From contig CAWCTR010000021.1 in NCBI GenBank assembly GCA_963798485.1, positions 192,001-256,000 of the forward strand: DNA of 64,000 nucleotides, written 5' to 3'. This DNA is from an uncultured delta proteobacterium (GTDB lineage Bacteria > Desulfobacterota > Desulfomonilia > UBA1062). Below the pieces are notes generated by a model. It had not been told where the DNA came from. It searched no databases and was given only the letters and a program-made list of their open reading frames with translations. This document shows, one piece after another, positions 32,158 through 40,875 of this stretch. Position numbers and translations under genes: made by a program. Position 1 is the stretch's first letter. Every line of letters begins with the position of its first letter.

Positions 32158-32265
32158 TATATGGGGCAACGTACTCTTTGTCAATAGTTATAGACTTTGA
32201 GAAGGCAGAATCAATGGCAGAGGCATGAACTATACTATTTTAAATTTATCTTAATTTTATGATCT

Positions 32266-33207
32266 CTATGCACTTACTGACTCCCACTTCAGCATTTCAT
32301 CAATACGTCTGTCTTTTTCCAGCCACAGTTTATTCATCCATTCCTGAAAATATATACGATAGTGAGGATCGTTGTAGTAGTCACCCATCAGATCGCTGGT
32401 TACCGGCAGGAGTTCCACATGCACCCTTATCTCATCGACCTTGCCGCACAGGTATTCCCAGAAATTTCTCACCCCTTTGGGATACACGATCGTAACGTTC
32501 AGAATGCTCTGGATCTTCTCACCCATGGCCCCAAGCACTAACGCGGTTCCCCCTGCCTTAGGCCTAAGGAGATGGGCAAAAGGCGATTTCTGCTTAAGAT
32601 GTTTTTCAATGCGGAAGCGGGTACCTTCCACGAAGTTGAACACAGACACCGGCATATTCTTGAACTTCTCACACGCCTTCCTCGTGATCTCCAAGTCTTT
32701 GTCCTTCAGATATGGCTTTTTTCTCAACAAGGCATCGGAGTAACGGTTCATGATGGGAAAATCAACTGCCCAGAATGCCTGGCCGATGATGGGAAGCCAG
32801 AGGAGATCTTTCTTTACGAAGACCTTAAAATCCGGAATCTTTCGGTAAAAAAGTTTGACGAGTATCATGACGTCCACCCAGGTCTGGTGGTTTACCATGA
32901 GCAGGCATGATGTATTGAGGTGGAGTGACTCCACGCCGCGCGTCACTAATCGTGTCTTTGTAAAGAGCGTCTGCGGGAGGTTCAGGAAATAGATCCATAC
33001 ATCGGCAATGCGATGGAGCACCCAAGAGCAAAAAAACTTCCATGACTTCACAGGGATGATCCATTTTAAAAATGCTACCGTATAAAACGGTATGGTTACT
33101 ATAAAGGTATCCACAATAAAGAATAGTAGTGTGACTATACCTCGAATTTGAGCAACCATACGGTTCCACATTCTCTTGTGAGCCCTTTCCATGGGGAGAT
33201 CTTTCAC
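32266..33207 (-). CDS. lysophospholipid acyltransferase (YihG-like)
   Basis: NHQTWVD, FVEGTRF and LLRPKAGG motifs. Confidence 0.92.
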   Translation of the reverse strand: MKDLPMERAHKRMWNRMVAQIRGIVTLLFFIVDTFIVTIPFYTVAFLKWIIPVKSWKFFCSWVLHRIADVWIYFLNLPQTLFTKTRLVTRGVESLHLNTSCLLMVNHQTWVDVMILVKLFYRKIPDFKVFVKKDLLWLPIIGQAFWAVDFPIMNRYSDALLRKKPYLKDKDLEITRKACEKFKNMPVSVFNFVEGTRFRIEKHLKQKSPFAHLLRPKAGGTALVLGAMGEKIQSILNVTIVYPKGVRNFWEYLCGKVDEIRVHVELLPVTSDLMGDYYNDPHYRIYFQEWMNKLWLEKDRRIDEMLKWESVSA

Positions 33208-33213
33208 ACTTCT

Positions 33214-34005
33214 TTAACACTTTTTGCTCTCGATGTCAGCATGCTTTGACTCTTCCCATATTTGATCCATCTCCTGTAGATTCATTTCTTCGAGACTGAT
33301 ACCTCGACTCTTAGACTCCTTCTCGATTGTCTTAAAACGTTTTCTGAACTTGCGGTTGGTTCTCCGTAATGCGGCTTCCGGATCTACCCTGCACTTGCGG
33401 GCAAGGTTCACAACACTGAAGAGCAAATCGCCTATTTCATCTTCCATCGAGTCCGTATTCTTGGAATGAATGGCTTGGTCAAGCTCTTCAATTTCTTCCC
33501 GGATCTTCTCCATCACACCGAGGGCATCCTTCCAATCGAACCCCACCCGGGAAACAATGGACTGGATCTTGCGTGCTGCAAGGATAGAGGGCAGAGACTT
33601 GGGTATCCCGTCCAGGATGGATTCCCTGGCAATCTTGCCCTTCTCACTTTTTTTCAGTTTTTCCCAGTTGCGAATGACCTCTTTTGATGAATTCAGCGCT
33701 ACATCGGCGAAAACATGGGGGTGCCTTGAGATCAGTTTATCAGCCAGGCCATTGATGACATCCCTTAGGCAGAACTCACCAAGGTCTCTGGCAATAATAC
33801 TATGAAAGATCACCTGCAGGAGGACATCTCCGAGTTCCTCTTGCATATGAACCTTGTCTTCATTGAGAATGGCATCGAAAAACTCATAGGACTCCTCAAT
33901 AATGCACTGGGATATGCTCTTATGGTCCTGCTCTGCATCCCAAGGGCAACCGCCGGGCGCTCGCAACCTTTCAAATATCTGCACCAACCTATCAAATTCT
34001 TCCAT
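33214..34005 (-). CDS. mazG: nucleoside triphosphate pyrophosphohydrolase
   Basis: GCPWD, EELGDVLLQ, RHPHVF and EIGDLLF motifs. Confidence 0.96.
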   Translation of the reverse strand: MEEFDRLVQIFERLRAPGGCPWDAEQDHKSISQCIIEESYEFFDAILNEDKVHMQEELGDVLLQVIFHSIIARDLGEFCLRDVINGLADKLISRHPHVFADVALNSSKEVIRNWEKLKKSEKGKIARESILDGIPKSLPSILAARKIQSIVSRVGFDWKDALGVMEKIREEIEELDQAIHSKNTDSMEDEIGDLLFSVVNLARKCRVDPEAALRRTNRKFRKRFKTIEKESKSRGISLEEMNLQEMDQIWEESKHADIESKKC

Positions 34006-34018
34006 GCGTATTACTGGA

Positions 34019-34492
34019 TTACATTAAACCATTCGACTCAGCCCACAGGGTCTTCTCATAAGAAACTCTTGCCTTTACAGGGGCCTCTTGATGGTGTGTC
34101 ATAGGCTGTCTCTTTTCGAGCTTCTTGATCAAACCCGAAAGGCCGATTAAGAGGCTGCCGGCGAATAGGGGAATCAAAAGATCTTCGAGCTGCTTACCGG
34201 CCTGGCGCAATGCGGCTACATCCCCTGATTGCAGAACCCACATCCCGGCAAGAACCGTTTCCGGCTCAATAGTATGTGCATCAAGACCTTTGGCTAATGG
34301 AAAATGCAAAGAAAAATTATCATTGTCAAAATTATCTAAGGAGATTAAACAGTTCTCCATGAGGCAAGAGTAATCAAGGCCTGTTCTGGATGCACTATAG
34401 TCATTCAATTGGACTATTGGTTCAGCGCCGGCGGATGCAGCGACAAAAAGCATAGACATACCAGCAATAATCAAAAAAACAATTACCCTCAT
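34019..34492 (-). CDS. secreted/membrane-anchored hypothetical protein
   Basis: Signal peptide; late TM LFAGSLLIGLSGLIKK followed by basic residues. Confidence 0.65.
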   Translation of the reverse strand: MRVIVFLIIAGMSMLFVAASAGAEPIVQLNDYSASRTGLDYSCLMENCLISLDNFDNDNFSLHFPLAKGLDAHTIEPETVLAGMWVLQSGDVAALRQAGKQLEDLLIPLFAGSLLIGLSGLIKKLEKRQPMTHHQEAPVKARVSYEKTLWAESNGLM

Positions 34493-34936
34493 ATTGCCTT
34501 ATTCCCCCCTTCAAGATAAGTTATTCATCTCATAATGCCCATAAAACCTGCCTGCTTTTTAAACACCACTCATTTTTCAAGGTTTCCAAAACGTAATGAA
34601 GTCTCGTTGGAATGCAACACCAGATAAGGAAACCCCTTCTTACAAAAGAAATTGTCTTGCAAAAATCAGGCCTTTAGAATGAACCATGTCAATAGTCTCA
34701 TTTCATCATATGAAAGAAATGTGATAATAGTAACTTATGATAAAATCCAGGGCTGCAAAGATTCCTCGCTATTTTTAAACAGAATAGAAAATCTATTCTC
34801 TTTTTATGAAAACATTTTCTTCATGACGGTAAACATATGAGATTTTCCTTCATATATTCTTATGGCTCAAATTTGGTGTCAGGACACTCTGAACTAACCG
34901 GCGGTATCAGGTGAATGACAGACTTCTCCTCTATTA

Positions 34937-36670
34937 CTACTCACCTTCCATATATCTCTCAATGATATTTACTCCTAGACCTGTGCGTGAGCTTAATTTA
35001 ATTTTAAATCTTTTATCAAAAAGAAATTTCTTTACCCTGTCTATTTCATCCTTCTTATAATTAAAAGAATCTTCATTTCTTACAGAAATATCCACCCAGA
35101 TAAATCCATCTGAATAACCAATATCATCTAGCCTTGCGGCTGTTTCTTCGTAATTTCTACCAACCCTACCCCATTCTTGAATTGTGTCGCAAAATATAAG
35201 TATAAAAGATAAGGGATCTTCCTTGAAAGTTAAGGATTCTAAAATTTTCTTATGGGAAAAAGCACTATCAGCCCTTCCAGAAAAATGCCCCCAGATTCCT
35301 TCATCATGTAAAGCAATAGCCCTTGAAGCTTTTAGAAGGGCCTCCTTGTTCAATCCCTTGGGACGTTGTTTATCGAATAATTTTAATAACGATAACGCAC
35401 CTAAAAGACCATGATTTTTTTCATCGATGATTTTTTCATAAAAGAATAACAATGCAATTCTATCAATGGGGAGGTTATCAAATGTATCGCATAATTCCTT
35501 TGTTTTAAACATGTAATCTTCTTTTACATAGCATTCATCAAGGTTTAATCTTGAAGGATTTTTATCAAGAAACAAGGTATTTTTAAAAAATGTAGCTATC
35601 CATTCATTATAGTTTTGAATATTATAATTATAATCATGATAGGTCGAAGCCAAAAGCCACATATTTTCTAGTGAATTACCAAACTTTTTCTGGAAAGAAG
35701 ATATCGATTTATCAGTATATAATTTGTCTATTATGTAGCATCCTAAAAGAAATACATGAAGTTGATGCAAAAAATGATCCCTATATCTTGGATTGAGCAG
35801 TAGTACAGGTTCAAAATCTTTTTGAAATTCTGGATATTCTAAGCCGATTTTATTCCAAAGTTTTTTTATCAATTCTAATGCAATATCATAATCGTCTTCA
35901 ATTCTGGTTCTATATTCAGCAGCCAATTGTTGTAAATTATCAGTGTATTCTAGATGTTGGATTTCAGCAATCCGATCTATAAGCGTTAAACTAATATTTC
36001 TTCCTTCGGTCCTGCCAACAATTTCTCTTCTTTTATATTCTGGTTCAGGATAGTAAATAAGATATTTATTTGTTTCTTCAATATGAAGATCTAATTTTTC
36101 GAACAGCCTATGCTGTATATCTGGTATTAATTCCTTTGGAAGAGCCTTTTTATGTTCTTTGAGGTATTCTTGAAGTGGTAATATTACCTTGCTGAACTCT
36201 TCAAAGGAAATATCAATGAGTGGAATTGACGATATGATTTCTTCTACGGTCTTTTCTCCAACCTTAAAAAGACCGACTTTATAAGATTGACACAACTCTT
36301 TAAATCTATCGAATTCATTATCTTCACTTAAATAATCAGGATATGCCCAATACACTTTTGCTTTGGGAAAGTAGTATTGAAAGAATGTTGCTGAAGATGC
36401 ATCATTAAGCTCAATACCTCCTTTCACCAATGTACGTGGTATATGCAAATGATAGAAGAAGTCATTACTTTTTATTGTACGGCTATTGATAACATCAACT
36501 ACTACTTCATTAATAGATTCACTTTTCTTTGTAACTCCCCTCTTTCTTGCGTATACAGGCACTCGTGCAGGAAGGAACTTATCTGAGTATACCTCTGTCT
36601 CATATCCCTCTTTTTTGAAGTAGGCGGACAACCAGTTTGTCATTTGTTTCACTGTATATGTGCTTTTCAT
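34937..36670 (-). CDS. HD-superfamily phosphohydrolase domain protein with unassigned N-terminal domain
   Basis: RDHFLH, YHD, NHG, LHD and CDTIQEWGR motifs in the C-terminal half. Confidence 0.75.
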   Translation of the reverse strand: MKSTYTVKQMTNWLSAYFKKEGYETEVYSDKFLPARVPVYARKRGVTKKSESINEVVVDVINSRTIKSNDFFYHLHIPRTLVKGGIELNDASSATFFQYYFPKAKVYWAYPDYLSEDNEFDRFKELCQSYKVGLFKVGEKTVEEIISSIPLIDISFEEFSKVILPLQEYLKEHKKALPKELIPDIQHRLFEKLDLHIEETNKYLIYYPEPEYKRREIVGRTEGRNISLTLIDRIAEIQHLEYTDNLQQLAAEYRTRIEDDYDIALELIKKLWNKIGLEYPEFQKDFEPVLLLNPRYRDHFLHQLHVFLLGCYIIDKLYTDKSISSFQKKFGNSLENMWLLASTYHDYNYNIQNYNEWIATFFKNTLFLDKNPSRLNLDECYVKEDYMFKTKELCDTFDNLPIDRIALLFFYEKIIDEKNHGLLGALSLLKLFDKQRPKGLNKEALLKASRAIALHDEGIWGHFSGRADSAFSHKKILESLTFKEDPLSFILIFCDTIQEWGRVGRNYEETAARLDDIGYSDGFIWVDISVRNEDSFNYKKDEIDRVKKFLFDKRFKIKLSSRTGLGVNIIERYMEGE

Positions 36671-36680
36671 AAGATATTCC

Positions 36681-37174
36681 TCATCTATTTACCGTAAGCA
36701 ACTTCTCAATTTCTTCATATCCCTTATCTATATTATTAACTATAATTGTTTTATCTTTGAGTTCTTTCTTAATAATCCCAAGTTCTGTCAGACCCATTGT
36801 TCACGATATAAGATATTTTTCATAACTATCTTAAAGATTATTGGTATGTTTGATAATGCATAAGGCTTAATAACACCTTTTGGATCAGACAAATCAACTA
36901 CCCCTCTAGAATACCAGGCCCATGCTCTCCTCAACCATAAGATAATATGTATAGAGGGTGGCAGAAGATAAATGATCTTGTCATACTGTTCAGGATTTCT
37001 ATCAAGGCCATGCACATCTTCAACCAATATAGCCTTTGAAGAAGACTGAGGAATGTCTTCATGGGCATAGTAGTCCATATCGATTTGTAAAACCTTTCCA
37101 GGGAGTTTATCAGCTATTTTTCCACGTAAAGTGCTTTTCCCTATGTTTCCAATACCAGTGATTAGAATTTTCAT
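36681..37174 (-). pseudogene. P-loop nucleotide-kinase-like protein, apparent single-base frameshift near 36791
   Basis: MKILITGIGNIGKST Walker A; shifted frame continues LTELGIIKK...LLTVNR* to 36681, at the RBS of the next gene. Confidence 0.65.
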
Positions 37175-37191
37175 GATACCACAATGTTTAG

Positions 37192-38307
37192 TTATACCCT
37201 TTCATATACTCTAAGCGTTTCCTCTAGATATCGATCATATCCATAGCCAATCTTGATGTTGCATCTTGATGGGCCACTCCATTTATCGATTAATTCGGTG
37301 ATTTCCTTCTGTGTTATTTTCATATCATCAAGATCCACTCTTACAATCTGATTCTCTGGAATACCCTGTGTAAACTGCTCATATTCATTTACATCCAAAG
37401 TCAGGTCCGTGATTATCGTAAGGCCCGACCAGAGCGCTTCACACACGATGTTGGAAAAATCTTTGATAGGATTATCTCTTTCAAAATAAAGAAGGTAATC
37501 AATGTTTCCTAATAGAGCGGGCATATGGGCAGGATGAACAAAATTATTATGCTTATAATATCTTAAACCATTTCCCTCGACGAACTTGGCAAACTCAGAA
37601 AAACCACTTCCCTGTCCAACTATTTTCAATGCATGTCGATTTTTGATTTCCGAGAAGATCTCAATGATTTTGTCGAGACTTTTATATTTCCAATGGTAAT
37701 TTATTTTGCCAATGTAGGCAAAAGCAGGCACCTCATGTACATTGATTGCTGGTTTAAAGAACTTTTCATCGGGGATATATCTTGGGAGTGTAACTATATT
37801 TGAGTTGATAGCTTCAAAAATATTTCTGTTCTTGTCATCAGTAATAATTACTGCCGCATTTCGGATTACCTCCTTTAGGAGATTACTGAAAACACCCTGC
37901 TTCAGAAATTTAACTATATCACTACCCCCGTGCCTCAATACATAGGGAAGACCGGTTATATTGGATAGCAGATAGCCGACAATACCATATGGTATGAGGT
38001 AATTCGTATCTATTAAATCAATTTGGTTGTCGCAAATTATTTCCAGTGCCTTGTCCAAGAGTTTAGGCACGTAAAGAGCTGAGTAGGGAATGTGCCAGGG
38101 TGTATCTGGATCGATATAGTGAACTATCAGATTTGGAGGCAGTTCAGGGATTTGATCATTGATATAATATTCCTGTTCGACGCAATTTGCATTAGTGACT
38201 ACATGAACCGTAGCACCTTTTTCAGCAAACCCCTTTGCCATCCAGAAAGTCTGGGCTGATATTCCTCCCTGAGTAGGCGGGAACTTGCTGATCATACATA
38301 CGTTCAT
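37192..38307 (-). CDS. GT4-like glycosyltransferase
   Basis: SKFPPTQGGIS, YLIPYG, HGGSD and EALWSG motifs; GT-B pattern. Confidence 0.85.
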   Translation of the reverse strand: MNVCMISKFPPTQGGISAQTFWMAKGFAEKGATVHVVTNANCVEQEYYINDQIPELPPNLIVHYIDPDTPWHIPYSALYVPKLLDKALEIICDNQIDLIDTNYLIPYGIVGYLLSNITGLPYVLRHGGSDIVKFLKQGVFSNLLKEVIRNAAVIITDDKNRNIFEAINSNIVTLPRYIPDEKFFKPAINVHEVPAFAYIGKINYHWKYKSLDKIIEIFSEIKNRHALKIVGQGSGFSEFAKFVEGNGLRYYKHNNFVHPAHMPALLGNIDYLLYFERDNPIKDFSNIVCEALWSGLTIITDLTLDVNEYEQFTQGIPENQIVRVDLDDMKITQKEITELIDKWSGPSRCNIKIGYGYDRYLEETLRVYERV

Positions 38308-40036
38308 TTATTCGTCCTTTACAAAAATCGTCTATTGAAAAACCGGGTTCAAACCGACCCCTATTATGGACCATGAAATAATAAAAGAGATCAAACATAA
38401 GGACATCCGTGGCACTTTTACAATATTTTGCAAAAGGATGTTTTTTAATGGAATCAGCAGGAATAAGGCTATCAATTATCTTCGTAACTTGAGGGCCAAC
38501 ATACCCCAAGGCAGCAGGCATACCATATTTCTTTCTGCTAATAATATCTTCAAGGTTATACTTCTTTAAGTATGATGATGCTGCGTCTTTGAATATTCTT
38601 TTAGTTCTGTCTTTGTCAGGCACCTTGAACTCGATGGGCAGCGACAAAGCAAACTCTGCAATGTCGTCATAAAGATACGGAGGTCTCGTCTCAAAACCAA
38701 AGGCGGCGCACGATCTGTCAACGCTCCACAGGTGGTAATTCGAAAGCCCGGTTCTCACCAGTGTGTCGAAAAGATTTTTTCTATATGCCCTCTCATCTTC
38801 GGGTTGAGGGAAAAGGTCATGTACAATCTTTTGGACCTTTGAGCTCCCGGGAAGATGCGATGCCCTTTGTCGAATTCTGTCAGAAAAGCCGAGGGGATGT
38901 GTATACGGCCAATAATAACCCCCGAACAGCTCGTCTGCCCCTTCGCCGGTAAAGGCAACCTTATGGTGCTGGGAGATATATTTTGAAAGAATGTGAAAAG
39001 CCAATGCACCCTGAATATCAAAGACTCCACCTGACATGATATTCTCGTAGTGATATATAAAATCAGGCAGTTCATCGATGTAGCCCGAGGTATTGACACA
39101 AATCTCGTTATGTTCAGAGCCAATTGCTGTCGATACTTTCCGCGCATAATCAAGATCAGGGGCATCCTCTGAGTCATAAAGGGTATATGTCTTTACAGGC
39201 TTGTTGAGTATCTCGGTGGACAGAACAGCCATCATCGTTGAATCAAGACCGCCCGATAAATAGATAACCGTTTCATGATTTCCATGCTTGAGTAATCGGG
39301 TAAAAGCATGGAACAAGGTTTCAGTAAGTTGATCAACAGATTCCTGATAATCCATATTGCCATTGCTTACATAATCTGAAGGTTGTGGTGCGTAATATCT
39401 TCTAGATAAGATTTCATGCCCATCAAATTGTACGACGGTTCCCGGTGTGATCTGGCGGATGGATGAAAGCGGTGTGAGGTCCTCTGAAAAGACATACCCA
39501 AAGACTGTCAATTCCTCCAATGCATCTATATCGATCGCCGCAGGTACATCGGGGTGTTGCAGCAAGACTTTCATCTCTGAGCCGAAAATGAGCTTTTCCC
39601 CGGACCGGTGGTAATATAAGGGCTTAATGCCAAATCGATCCCGTGCAAGGAGGATCTTGTTTTTCTCCACGATGACAATCGCATACATACCCTTCAGGTG
39701 TTTTACAAAGTCAGGTCCATATTTTATGTATAGTGGTATAATAACTTCAGCGTCGGTGCCTGAGGTAAACTGAAATTCGTCTTGTAAGAGTTCTCTTTTA
39801 ATCTCCCTATAGTTATAAATCTCTCCGTTGAACAGAAGGGCGATATTGTGTCTCCTGTCTATGAAAGGCAGCACGTCATCTTGAGTGCTGACAATATTCA
39901 AGCCGCATTCACCGAGAGAATGGTTTCCAAATAATGTTGTTATGAACGAGTCTGGCCCGCGATGGCGTATTGATGAAAGCATGGCGGATACCACCACTTC
40001 GTTTCTCTCATTGAATATACCGCAGATGCCGCACAT
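38222..40036 (-). CDS. asparagine synthetase B-like glutamine amidotransferase
   Basis: MCGICG start at 40036 (TGATG overlap with upstream gene); HRGPD, FNGEIYN, RDRFGIKPLY, LSGGLDS and GEGADE motifs. Confidence 0.92.
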   Translation of the reverse strand: MCGICGIFNERNEVVVSAMLSSIRHRGPDSFITTLFGNHSLGECGLNIVSTQDDVLPFIDRRHNIALLFNGEIYNYREIKRELLQDEFQFTSGTDAEVIIPLYIKYGPDFVKHLKGMYAIVIVEKNKILLARDRFGIKPLYYHRSGEKLIFGSEMKVLLQHPDVPAAIDIDALEELTVFGYVFSEDLTPLSSIRQITPGTVVQFDGHEILSRRYYAPQPSDYVSNGNMDYQESVDQLTETLFHAFTRLLKHGNHETVIYLSGGLDSTMMAVLSTEILNKPVKTYTLYDSEDAPDLDYARKVSTAIGSEHNEICVNTSGYIDELPDFIYHYENIMSGGVFDIQGALAFHILSKYISQHHKVAFTGEGADELFGGYYWPYTHPLGFSDRIRQRASHLPGSSKVQKIVHDLFPQPEDERAYRKNLFDTLVRTGLSNYHLWSVDRSCAAFGFETRPPYLYDDIAEFALSLPIEFKVPDKDRTKRIFKDAASSYLKKYNLEDIISRKKYGMPAALGYVGPQVTKIIDSLIPADSIKKHPFAKYCKSATDVLMFDLFYYFMVHNRGRFEPGFSIDDFCKGRINERMYDQQVPAYSGRNISPDFLDGKGVC

Positions 40037-40875
40037 CAGCCTGTCTCTCTCGATAAATATTTCAAAGCCTCGACCAAACCCCAATAGGCATAGGCAGATC
40101 CCTCTTCAATGTAATGATAAGGCCAGAATCCGTTGGGAAGCTGTGTGTCTACCAGCCAGTTAACCGCTTTTTCTATTACCTTTCTTTTCACTAGTTCTGG
40201 ATAAGAAAGAAGCCCCAGCAACACAATCCCTGTTGACCACGGGTCACTTCCGATAGGATGGTCTTTCCAGGGGCCAAAGCCACCATCTTCATTCTGTTCC
40301 TCAGCAAGGAATAAATAAGTATCTTTTATTGATGGACAATCTTCAACGGAAACATTTGATGCTGCCAGTCCCAGTAAAAAGAAACCACCCTTATACGTGA
40401 GTTTCGTAGCACCCTTAAAATCTTTTGCCCATTCCCTTTGCAACCAGTTTACAGCCCTTGGGTCGGAAAGTGATGGAAAAAGATTCAAAAGAAGTCCTGT
40501 TATGGGGATACGGGATATATCACGATTAGTACGCCCCCACCCACCATCTGGATTGCGTTGGGATAAAATCCATTTATTTCCTTTTTCTACCAAAGAGCTA
40601 TAAACATTGCCAATTAATGAGAGGATCTTAACAGAAAGTAAAGACTCTTCCACATCTGACCAGCCACCATCAATGTGTTGATGGTCAGCAGTATATTGAG
40701 CTACCTGTTTGTACAAGATGCTCTTAGAATTAGCCCCTGCACTAATAAGTGATAGGGCACAGATATTTATTCTTCTGACTTCTATCTGATTTTTTAGAGC
40801 TGACCTTATAAAGTCAGTAAGCTGAATGGAAGCTACAATGACACATTGAGTATTATTTTTTTGATTCTTATTCAT
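40036..40875 (-). CDS. prenyltransferase/squalene-cyclase (QW-like) repeat protein
   Basis: Four repeats: QHIDGGW, QRNPDGGWG, QNEDGGFG, QLPNGFW. Confidence 0.85.
   Translation of the reverse strand: MNKNQKNNTQCVIVASIQLTDFIRSALKNQIEVRRINICALSLISAGANSKSILYKQVAQYTADHQHIDGGWSDVEESLLSVKILSLIGNVYSSLVEKGNKWILSQRNPDGGWGRTNRDISRIPITGLLLNLFPSLSDPRAVNWLQREWAKDFKGATKLTYKGGFFLLGLAASNVSVEDCPSIKDTYLFLAEEQNEDGGFGPWKDHPIGSDPWSTGIVLLGLLSYPELVKRKVIEKAVNWLVDTQLPNGFWPYHYIEEGSAYAYWGLVEALKYLSRETG

Noticed and set aside
36788-36790. Selenocysteine readthrough of TGA in the P-loop gene
   Set aside because: The in-frame continuation hits TAG after 15 codons; a frameshift explains the sequence better.
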